DNA of 64,000 nt from Octopus bimaculoides (lineage: Eukaryota): contig NC_068981.1 of NCBI RefSeq assembly GCF_001194135.2, positions 126,224,416 to 126,288,415 on the forward strand, in the 5' to 3' direction. Positions 10,025-22,520 of the stretch are shown here, one piece after another (position 1 is the stretch's first letter; each line of letters opens with the position of its first letter). The notes under the pieces were generated by a model. The model was not told where the DNA came from and did not search any database. It saw nothing but the letters and a program-made list of their open reading frames with translations. The translations under genes were made by a program, and so were the position numbers.

Positions 10025-13000
10025 GTAAGTTATTTTTTTCTGTTTCAATTTTGGGTTTCGCTATTTTAGTTTTAACAATTAATTTTGCTCTTTGTTTTCT
10101 TTTGACTCTCTACATTGACTCTCTACATTGACTCTCTACATTGCCTAATTAGTTTTTATTTTTCAAATATTGCTTAGTATTTTTGTATATCTAAACCCTA
10201 AATATGTTGAAGTTGACTTTGTTAGCTATTAATTTATTAATTAAAAAGATCAGATGACTGGATGTGGATGGTGCTGAAATACCTACTCATAAAGCAGCTC
10301 CTACATTTCATTGTGTTTATGGATAGAGCACTTTATTCTGCATAGCTTAAATTCAACTTGCTTTTGGGATTACATATTAAATAATTTGACATTGTTACTT
10401 TGTTAGATTGGTGTTCTACCCAGGGAAAATTTATCTCTCATCTATTTAATGTCATCTGATCAAAGCTAGAAATTAGCACTTCAAAAACTCTTTAGGTTTA
10501 GGAAGTATTTTCTTTACAATGAATAGGTAGGTGTTCTATATCTGCCAGAAGTAAGATGTTAGTATTAGTTGGCAATTATATGCTAAACTAGTCGTATTGT
10601 TATTGCTTTAACACATACCCTATTACTTATATAACAACTGAATATACATAACATTTTTTCTTTATATTTCAAATATTCTGAATTTTTTTTTTCTATCTGA
10701 AATATAATAATGTATATTTTTATAAGTTAGTCTTGAGGAAAGGTAGTGACCATGACTTTTGCAGGCCCTCTTAGATTGATAACATTGATGTTGCTGATGT
10801 TCAGCTTGAAGAAAACAACTGAGAGTGTCTATGAGACAACCTTTTTAGGGCTAAAGACCAGATCCATGGTTGGAGCAAGGTTATGACTAGATAGAAAGTG
10901 ACATGGTGGTAGAATGGTATTGTAGATAAATCTAAGAGATGGATTTGGAAAGGCTCCTTGCTAAAGAATCTTTAGCAAGGAAGGAAATCTGAAGTATGCA
11001 CATATTTTGCATCTTGAGAATCAGAAACATGAGCTGTCCCAGATAACAAGACAGTATACTAGAGAGAATTGAGATGTTGGAGAGATGTGTGTTTGGAATG
11101 TTATTGGCACTTTCCCTCATTAACACCAATAAGAAAGTTAGAAATGTTACATGATGTTATTGATTAAAGAGAATGGATGGGAGAGAGAAGACCTATTCCA
11201 GATAGACCCATCAGAGAGACTGGTTGTATGAATTGACAACTGTATGGTTGAAAGTATGGTTAAAGGTATAAAGGCAAGAAAAGCAGAAAGACTATCAGTG
11301 ATAGTCACTCAGATAATTAATATATCTCAATAAGTACATCATGTTCTAATTAGTCCCATAATCAATCAAATGGCTGGCATTGCAGTATCATATTCAACTG
11401 CCGCAAGGACAAAGATGGGCTAAAGAAAGGCAATTACAGTTGCTTCTAGTTGGTGGACCAGTTTGTGAAAGTAATAGAAATAGTTATAGCACAACTGATG
11501 CACATGAACTCTGCTGAAATACAGTTTGGGTTATGCCAGGATGAGGTACTACCAGCAACCTTGGCCTACTGGCACACAACTGCAGGAGAAATACTTAGCT
11601 AGGTATAAGCCACTCTAGTGTCCACTGATAAAAAAAAAGCCTTTGATAGAGTTCCATTCTCTGAAGCCTGGTGGTTGCTAAGAAAAGTGAAAACAAATGA
11701 ATATCTTGTAAGAGCCATGCGAACTATGTACAGAGATGCAGTCAGCAAGATGAGAGTTAGCAAAGGGTATAGTGATGAATTTAGCCAGCAGATAGGGGTC
11801 TACCAGTACTCAGTTCTCATTGTCCTTTTAGTTATTGTAATTCTCCTGGCTATAACAGAAGAGTTTAAGACCAGTTATATGTGGGAACTGCCAAAAGCCA
11901 ATAATTTACTTCTTAAGAACTGAATCTGTAGAAGATTTAGAGAAATTTCAGATGTGGAAGCATAACATAGAATTGAGAAACCTCGAAGTAAACTTAGCAA
12001 AGACTAAAGTTTTAAGTTACAACTGGGAAATTACCACATTTGATATGCAAGAAAGAAGTAAGAAGGAATTCCATATTCAGGCAGGTGGACAAAGAATGTA
12101 AGTTTCATACGTGGCAGGTGTATATAGGAACAGTCAGAAATAAGAGTACACATGAAAGAGAGTCTTTCAGGTGCCCAGAAGACTTGTTTGAAATAGTTGA
12201 TAAGCTTTTGTTTGAAATTTATTTATTTTTTTTTTTGTGGCACGTAAAAGCACCCACTACACTCTTGGAGTGGTTGGCGTTAGGAAGGGCATCCAGCTGT
12301 AGAAACTCTGCCAGATCAGATTGGAGCCTGGTGTAGCCATCTGGTTCACCAGTCCTCAGTCAAATCGTCCAACCCATGCTAGCATGGAAAGCGGACGTTA
12401 AACGATGATGATGATGATGATGATAGAAGGCCTAATTAGCAGAAGAGGTTGGGTTTTTGAAACATAGTAGCCAGAATAAGAATGGAGTGGGGAAAAGTTC
12501 AGGGTGCATTCAAAGGCTTCCTCTCTCGCTGTGAAAAACAGATTATATGATGCTCATTTATGATGCAACATTTTTTCTTGGTAATGAGACATACTCCTTG
12601 AACACCAATGATCTGTGAAGGTTAGGAAGAAATAAAAAGCAAGAGAAAAGTTGAATATAAAAGAAATCAGATGAAGTGTGCAAGAGAAAAGATTGCTGGT
12701 ATGGGTTAACATGGAGGATATCAATTGTTTAAAGAAGTGTATAGTGCTCACATTGGTAGATAACTTATGTAGAGTGAAACCTAGGAAGACATGGGGTGAA
12801 GTAGTGAAGGCTGATTTCAAACACCTGAGCCTCATTAAGGAGATGATAGGTAGCACACAGTGTTGGAGAAGACTCAGCCACCTATACAAGCATGGCAAAA
12901 AGGACATTAAAGTAGTGATGATGATAGAGATTGGGATTTGGATCTGTCTGTATTCAACTCCTGCATCACTCTTTATCACTCTACATCTGTTCTATCATGC

Positions 13001-16000
13001 CACCTCTGTAACAAGCTGTAACAAGAGATGTCATCAGATCTATATGTATCCAGTTTCCCCTACCAGCACCCTTCTTTATTGACATTTATTACACCTTTTT
13101 CTTCTACTGTCATCCATTTTTGTTGCTATTCACCACTTGCTCTCTCTCTTTTTTTTGTAACCCTTTACTTTCTCATACATTACTCCATCACTTATCACTG
13201 GCATACATCACTCAGTTGTCAGCATTAGAACAGACAATGAAGAGTAGTGTAGGCTCTCTAATCTTACAGATGAGTACTAGTGTCTTGATAAAACATACCT
13301 AGTACACTTTGTAAAGTATTTAATGTTAGGAAATGCATCCAATTGTAGAAACCATGTCAAAACCATGGAGCATGCCTAATTCCCAAATAAGAATTGATTC
13401 AGGACATGAGAATTTATCCAGCTCCCATCATCAAGAAAAGAGGGCATAAGATGATGATGATGATGATAATAATGAGTGAAGAGGATTAGAAATGAAGAGA
13501 GAGAAGTTGTACATTGTGTTATTGGTTGAATCATTACCAATTGATTAAATGGCTTTCTTTTATATACAGCCTTGTATATTTCTGTCTATTACAGCAGTAC
13601 TATCTCATATATGCAGACAGTACTTATACTCATTATCTCATCATTTATGATTTTGCTTTTTCACTTTTCTATTTTCAGAGCTGAAATTGAACAAAAGTAT
13701 CAAGAAATAATGCAACAGACTGGTATTTTAAATTTGAATGGTCAGGTAATTTACTGATTTATTTATTCTCCCGATATATTCTTTGAACAATTGTGTAACC
13801 GGACAGCAAATGTTTGATAGTCAGGTATCCAAAGAAGATGCTAGTATTTAGTAACCTCAATATATTAAATGTAGCAGCCAAGTTTTCTCAATAAGCACAT
13901 CACCAACTTCAAAATGTTGATTGTCTTTTAATTCTTTAAATCTTTAAACTAGTATGCTGCCTACATTGTCCTTCATTATTAAGAACTTGTGTTATCTTCA
14001 TCAGCTGCACTATCCTCCTTGTATTTAATAACAGGTAGTGGAGAGAATTTCAATTTCATTACATTGTTTTCTACAATATTATTTTAGCATCATCTCTGAC
14101 TTGGGTCTGGTGTACCAACTCTTAAGAGTCATATCCACAAAAATTTAGAGTTCTGAAGAATGTTTGCAGAGTTCTAGTGGCAGAGGGTCCAAAGACTTGA
14201 TGCGAAGTGGGTGCAAGAGATTATTGGAGCACACTTCAACTGTTGTGGGAATTACACATGCATATGTTCTTGTGACTTTCTTGCCATATGCTGAGCATGC
14301 ATTTGGACATGTATACTTTCACAACTACAAGAAGGATATGAACTGGGAGAAGATTCCAGAGGGATAGTCTTTTGAAAGAAAGGACTGGGTATAATGGTTA
14401 CTACAGGATGGAAGTGGGTGGGGAAGGATGGAGTGCAAGACCAGCCAACTCTGAGAAACAGGTCATTATAGTAGCGATAGAAACGACAGAGAGAGAGAGA
14501 GAAAGAGAAAGAGGAGACAGCATGTCTGTGAGCCAAAGCCTGGAGCATGTCCATTAGGAATTGAATTCCATTTAGTCGAGTGGCCCTTTTCTGGATGCGG
14601 TCCAAGAAATCTATGTGTAGTACTCATTATGGGCCTCATTTGAGCCTTATGGTATATCAACAGTTGTTAGGAGCTGAAATATTTTACTGGTTTCGAAGAG
14701 AAGAGCAAGTCTTTGGAATGCAGTTTTAGCTATGCTAAGAATCTGCTTTTACCAGAGAAGATCCGTGGAGATAAAGAAACCCTGCATTCTGTGCAATTGT
14801 GAGAGCTCTAGCTGTATGCTGCTCATATTTAGTGGTGTGGTTGTTGTTTTTTTGTCTTGATATTAGTAGTGCTTGAGTTTTTTGCTGTTAAAAGAACAAG
14901 ATTGGCATGGATCATCTAAAGGATGCTCACAAGGTCTCTGTTTATGTAATCAATAAGGTTTGGTTTGAGGTATCTAGTTTGCTTATGGATTGTACATGGT
15001 TGGGGTTACTTAGAGAGCAATGAAGGGTTGTGTTGTCTGCGTAAGAATGAACATTGTTGGATGTGGCAACAAGTAGGTCAGTGGATTTGTTTCTCTGAAG
15101 TATATGTAAAACATTTAAAATTGCTGACTTGGTAAAAATAGCAACAAAATATACCTGGGTTTTTTAAAATACAAAATTACCCAAGAAATACATTGAATAA
15201 GGCATAAAAATGAAGTTTATTGTTTCATCAATGATGTTTGTATGGAAGATGAAAATTCTGATTATTAGATGTTCCACATTTGGATACATTTTTGGTGTCC
15301 ATTTGATTATGGAGATTAAAAAGATTGTGACTACATTCTAGCTAAAATTGACAATGTGATAATTATAGTTTGAGTTCAAGACTGCATTACTATCTCCTCT
15401 ATCTAAAAGTTTAGCTTAATTTAGAAAACACTTGTAATCTTACTTCACCTTTTAATGAAATGAAGAAAGAAACTTTTTCTCATAGATTGTCTTTGAATTA
15501 AGAAAACCTGCTCAAATATTGTGGAAAAATGATTTTGTTATATGAAATTTCTTTTTACAATACAATATTTGAGCATCTACTAAATGTCTTGAATAAAGTT
15601 TTAATGAAAATATTGCATTAGGAGAAAAGAAAAAAATTGTAATAGAAGTGTTATACATATAATTTTCATTATGTTTATCATCTAGAAACTTCCGAGTGAC
15701 TGCAGTGATTTAGAGGCTCTAGGTGAACTTGGTCATGGTACTTGCGGGCAGGTGATTAAAATGAGGCACCGGAAAACAAGCAGTTTTTTGGCTGTGAAGG
15801 TAAATAAAAATATAAACAACATTATTGAATTTATTTCTAAAAGTAATTTTTAGCTTTTGGAGATTTCAGTGTTTTTGTTTTGTCTTTATTTTTAACTCAG
15901 TTATTTTGAAAATATATTCAACTTTTGAATAAAGTTTTTAGTTTTTCTGAAAATTATTGTTGTTTGTCAATGAGAAGTTAGTCAATTGAAGTCATTTGGA

Positions 16001-19000
16001 GTGTCTTTCAAATTGTTCTTTCTTAAACTTTTTTTTATTTATTGACTGTCATCAAAACATATCAGCATTTTCAATTTTAATAGTTTGGTGTTAAATTGTT
16101 TGCATGTTTGACAAAATGAAACAAACAATATGAAGTATTTTATAAATAATTTAAATTATATTTGGAATTTAAATATTCAGACATGCATTAACATTAGATT
16201 CCTTGTAGATGGTTTTGAAGTTTAATATACTTCTTTTAATGAAATTTTGAGTTTTATTGTGAAAATTATTACAGTTTATGGATTTGTATTTTAATTCCAT
16301 GTCTTAAGGAAAGTATTTCATTTTAGCTTTAGAAACTATCATTTCTGTAATTTCATCTCTAGAAATTAAATTAATGATATTTGGTTTCATCTTTGCCAAA
16401 AAAGGCATCAGTTCTGTTCAGAATCTAAGAATAAATTTGATTTGTATAGGAATTTTTAATGTAACTTCCTGATGTGACATGACTTCTCTTCAAGAACTGT
16501 TGTTATTTTTTTTCCATAATATATGTTATCCTTTTATTCTGTGTTTTTTTGTTTCTTCTTAATTTCAACCAGAAAGATTTTGGCAATTTATTTCACTAGC
16601 ATTTGTTGTTCTCTTCAAAAATAAGTTATTCCATTTCGTTTTCAGCAAATGCGTCGCTCCAGTAACAGAGAAGAAAACAAACGGATAATTATGGATTTGG
16701 ATGTTGTTATGAAAAGCCATGACTGTCCTTATATTGTTCAGTGTATAGGCATATTCATAACAACTGTAAGTATTCATAAGATTTATTATATTTAGAAAGG
16801 TTTTTACAGGCTTGCATTTTGGCTACACTACAAGGATAGAAGCTAATGTTTGTTGAATCTCACTTAAATTAGCCATATATGAAAATCATAGGAAAATATA
16901 TTTTGGCTATCAGTTCCAGATGCTAGCTGCATGGAAAGATGTTGAATATAGCATCTAGCACATCATCATTGTTGTTATCATTGTCACTTCTTTCATCACA
17001 AATTCATTCTGATTTTATGATATGTTAAGAAGAGTGATTTAAATATTTCCTTCCAAGTCGCTCTTGGCTTGCCAGTGCACCTCACTACATTAGATTATCA
17101 TTGTACATCATTGTTTTCCACCATGACAACATTTGTTCTTTTCTAGTGTTGCAAGTCTTCTGGATTTTCTGTTCACGTACCTCGCCATGTGGCATCACAT
17201 TACCAAAACATATCTCATACAATCTGTTTTTTCATATAGAAAGAGAAAGATTTCGCAAACTGAGGATTATCAAGATGTTTATGAAATTGCAATGGTAGCT
17301 AACCATCATTACAGTTTCATAAACACATTGATAGTCCTCAGTCCAACCCATGCCAGCATGGAAAACAATGATGTTAAATGGTGATGATGATGATGATATC
17401 TGGCTCACCAAAGTTTCTAATTCTTTAACAGTTTGTCAGGGATCCTCCTGTGCTTTTGTATAGCCATTGTTTACACTGACCATACATACAAAACATGACA
17501 GTTGACAGTTGTATAATGATGAGAATCTCTCTGGTTTGTTTAGAAATCAGATTTTAATTTACATTTGTAAATTTTTGGCAGTTGTGTTTTAAAAGAATTA
17601 TATGATAAAGACCATACACGTATCATTGTCACCAGCATCACCATTATTAAATTGGGAAAACATTTTTTTCCCTTCCCTTTAGAATAAGAAAAAAAAAATA
17701 GAATAAATGTTCAAAGAGCAAAAGACAGTGTATGTAATGATAAGTTGGAGAGTAAGGAGTTGAATATAATCTATCAAATGATAGTGGTAATTTATATGAA
17801 ATTTAAAATTGGGACATTAAAGATATCAGTTGTGTTGTAATGGAGAGAGCTGGCAGAAATGTTAGCACGCCAGGCGCAATGCTTTGCAGTATTTCTTCTG
17901 TCTTTATGTTCTAAGTTCAAATTCCGCTGAGGTTGACTTTGCTTTTCTTCCTTTTGGGGTCAATAAGTTAAGTACCAGTTGCATACTGGGGTCAATTGAC
18001 TGCCCCTCCCAAAATTTCAGGCCTTGTGCCTAGATTTGAAAAGAAGGAGAGAGACTGCTTGCATCATCTGATGTGACTAAATCATGAGTGTCACACAGAG
18101 ATGCTGCGTGTTGACAGTAAAATGTATCTTGGGTATAGGAAAACCAAAGTTGTTATGATGTTGGACCCCTCAGATAACACATGATTAAAGTAATATACAG
18201 AGCTGTAGACCTGTCTAGTCCATGCTAGCATAGAAAAACAGATATTAAAATGATGATAATGACATAATAAAAATTACTTGAAAATATTTCCTAGAAAAAT
18301 ATATATAACATTTTTATGCTTTCAGAGTGAAGTATGGATCTGTATGGAACTAATGGCTACTTGCTTAGATAAATTATTAAAGAAAACACGCATACCAATA
18401 CCAGAAAAGATCCTTGGCAAAATGGCAGTTGCAGTGAGTATAATTCCTTGTGTTGATTTTAAATGGTCTTAAATGTTTTGTTTTGCTTTGAGCAAAAGTT
18501 TTGCACATGGTGCAGTACCATATGTGTTGAGGAGGAATATTCTGAAAAGATTAATGTGTTTAAGTTATTGTTTTGTGAAATATATACTTGACTTGTGTCT
18601 TACTGTAGCACATGTTTTTGTATGAATATTCTTTCTCATACCATCTAGAACAGTGCTTCTCAAAGCAAGCAGTGGAAAATTTTATATGGACACAGGAGAA
18701 AAATAAATGCATCTGTACAGTTTATTTTTTTGTTGTCTGTGTCTTCTATTTAAATACTAACTTTAAAAAAATTTTTGCAATATTATGATTAATTATTTGT
18801 TAGCCTCAATCACAATGTCAACAATGAAAATATCAACAATAATAACAGATTTTGAAATGTAAATAAGCAAATAAATTTTATTACTTTTTATGTATTTTTG
18901 AAAATAGTTATTTCAGAATTATTGAAGGTACATTAAAGTCATGAGAATTTCACCCACAAAAAATGTTTCTTCAAAATTTTTATTTGCTCTAATTTTCAAA

Positions 19001-20605
19001 AAAATTATTTTCAATTTCTGTTCTGTATGTAAATGATTTTGTTGTATTAGCATCAAAATACTGTTTCAACATTCTGTATTACATTGATGAAATGACTTTA
19101 AGGTACAAATAGTTTTTTTAGTGGCAGTCAACTTGTTGGTAGCAATTTTTTGTGGTGTGCTTAATTTCATTGAATAGCTTGGTGGTGGTGGTGGTGATGG
19201 TGGTCTTGCATTGAAGAAGCATTTGAGAAGCACTGATCTAGAATAAATCAGAGTAATGATCCTTACCAACAACACTGTAACTCAAATAAATTCATAGGCA
19301 AGCTAGGAAACCAGTAACATGTACTAGTATTGCATCTTTTGTTGTAAAAAATTTTAATAAACCTTTCTTGAATATTATAATAGATTTGTTGAAAGGAATT
19401 TAATAACTTGGAGCTCTGTTTTAAATTTTATTTGTTTTTAAGAGCTTCTGTTGGATTGACATATAAGTAGTTACATGATTTGTTGATCAGAACCATCTTC
19501 AACTAGGATTAATGTCTCTTATATTGTAACTAACAGGACTTATGGGTTGATGTTATATATCTTTGTTGGTATCTAGTGAATATATAAAAAAAGTAAGTAG
19601 GTGTTGTTCAGGTAAAATTTCTTTTTATTGTAGATTGTAAAAGCATTGAATTACCTTAAAGAACGACATGGTGTGATACACAGAGGTTAGTTTTTGTATT
19701 TGTTTCTTTTATTAACATTAGCTCATTGAAGAGTATTTTGTATTGAAATACACATTAATGAACTTGTAAAATAGTTATATAATTTTGTAAAATATATGAA
19801 TTTGAGATAATTATTTAAATTTTTCCTTATTAACATAACATTTTTCTTTTCCACATTTTCTCTTTGTAAATTTGAATTAATTGTTTATATTTAATAATAC
19901 ATTAAGATTTGTTAATTATGAAAAGAGAAAAATTGTACTAATGCTCATGTACCTATAGATTTCTTTATTATTAATAACTCTCTTTTCAAAAGAAAATATA
20001 AAAATGAATTTTACTTTCTACAAACTCATTTATATACTATTATACAGTGAAAAAAATTTCAGATATCTTTTTCTTCAAATAAGTAAATAGACAATAATGA
20101 AAGAAAATTACAACAGGTATTTTTCAAGTTGTGCTTTTAATTTGTTTGTTAGATGTGAAACCCTCCAACATTCTCTTAGATGAAAAAGGCTCTGTGAAAT
20201 TGTGTGATTTTGGAATCAGTGGCCGTTTAGTTGATTCCAAAGCAAAGACCAGAAGTGCAGGCTGTGCTGCGTACATGGCTGTAAGTAACTGAATTCAGCT
20301 ATTATAATTTAGTTTATATTTTCTATTATAACTGTTCCTTGCTACAATTTATTAAATAGAAGTAATTTGTATTGTGCTAGATTATACATTATCTTAAACT
20401 TACTGTAACAGTTTTCTTAGACAATTTCAGTTGTTTACATACATATTGCTGAAATATACAATAGATAACTTTTCTTTCATACCCTTAATTAAAAGAAATT
20501 GTAATTGAAGCACACTGGGCAAGTATCTTCTACTAAAACCCAGATTGAGCAAAGACTTGTGCATGGATTTGATAGATGGAAGCTGAAAAACTTGTTGTGT
20601 ATACA

Positions 20606-20638
<33 letters not shown>

Positions 20639-22483
20639 CTTTATGTTTGACTTTGTCCCCCACATAGCTTGACAACTGGTTTTGGTTTGTTCATGTCCTC
20701 ATTACTTATTGGTTCAGCAAAAGAGACTGATAGAATAAGTACCAGACTTTACAAAATAAACACTAGAGTCAATTTGTTCAGCTAAAATCTTTCAAGGCAG
20801 TGCCCTAGCATGGCTGTAGTCCAGTGACTGAAACATGTAAAAGATAAAAAAAAATATATAAGTATATATTATATTTATATCCTTATTTTCATCATCATCA
20901 TCATCATTTAATGTCCATTCTGACATGGCTTTAACAGGAACTGATGATCCAGAAAACTGCATTGATCATCATTTGGCAGGTTTCTACAGCAGAAACCACT
21001 TTACAAAATGTATTGGATACTTTTTGTAGTGGTACCAGCTCTTGTGAGGGCACCAAGTAATGCAGAATACAAGACCTTTCAAGTGAATGAGGGTATAGTA
21101 TAATAGAGACAAGGACATATATTTTGCTGAAGAAGTGACATAGGACTTCCCTAGCTGGAAAGAGAGAGAGAGAGAAATGGTGATGTACAAAGTGAATATA
21201 AAAGAGAGAATAGGGATAGAGAAGCAGAAAGGGTGGGTGGATAGGTAGATTCATAAGAGTGTAAAAGGAGTGTGATAGATAGTTAGAGATGAGGATTTAG
21301 GTGGATACAGTGAATGGGGCACATGATGAAGACATGGTAAATATCAGTTTCAGATGGACTGAAGGAAATTAGAGTGAGTTAGGGGAGGAGGAGAAGGTAA
21401 AAAGGGACAGTATGAAGTGTTTTACAAGTATGTATATATGTACTATGTGTATTTATATATGTACTAACTGAATTACCTGGTAATACCCAGAAGAGTGGGG
21501 GTTATTTCCAGTTCCTATTCCCATTACGTTGTTTTATATCCTATCCCATTCCCTGTTCAGTTCCTGTTTAAATTACAAATAGATTTACAAATACACAATG
21601 ATGTGGGATAGGTTTACAAATACTGGCAAGTAATACAGTTGAATCATAAAATTGATTGATTGCAATGGTAAGGTAATATCAAAGTTGAATTGGTGGATGG
21701 TTGGAAGAATGAAAGGATTGACAATGTGCGACTATGAAACGATTGATGGTTGGTTATTACCATAGCAAAAAATTGCACAAATCTGTCCTGATCAAGAGGC
21801 CTGTCTGTCAGGGAAGACATGATCTGACATAGAATAAACAAAAATGTAAATAAGACATTCTATTGTAAAAACTACCCGACAACAATGAGTTATTCATCTA
21901 TGGAAGTAAATGAAAGACATTATATATAGTGTGTTTTTGTTTCAGTATGTTGGTAAAGATGTAATAAATTTTAATATGGTGATTTGAAAACAGATATAAC
22001 ACTTTACCTTTCACTTGTTAGTTTAACATCTGTTCTTGGACATATTGTAAAAGTTTTGACTGAGCATGCGATAGTTAATTCACTAAAGTGTATGCATTAA
22101 GTGATAGGTAAAAATTAAAGAACAAAGTATTAAAAATTGCTGTTCCTTTCAGTAAACACATTCTCTCTCTTCCACTCTGTCTGTGTGTTTCGTTCTCTCT
22201 CTCTGTCTCTTCCTGTCTCCTCCTCTTCCCTGATATCAGCCACCCTCATTATGCCACCACATTTCCCTCAACCTAACATTTTTTGCACTCTTCTCATTTT
22301 ATTATATAATAGCCCAACCCCTGTAGGGGGACCCATTATCGATTTTTATTGAAATCCAATTAGCTTATAATTGAACTGGATGTTAGTTTAACATGTATGC
22401 AAAGTTTCATGAAGATTGATTTGCTGATATAGGTAGCAAGATGGTAACAGACAGACAGTCAAAAATAGCCATTTATATATAAG

Positions 22484-22520
<37 letters not shown>

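Noticed and set aside
17841-17930. tRNA gene suggested by A/B boxes
   Set aside because: No acceptor or anticodon stem can be formed, and it continues into a repeated SINE body seen several times in the window.
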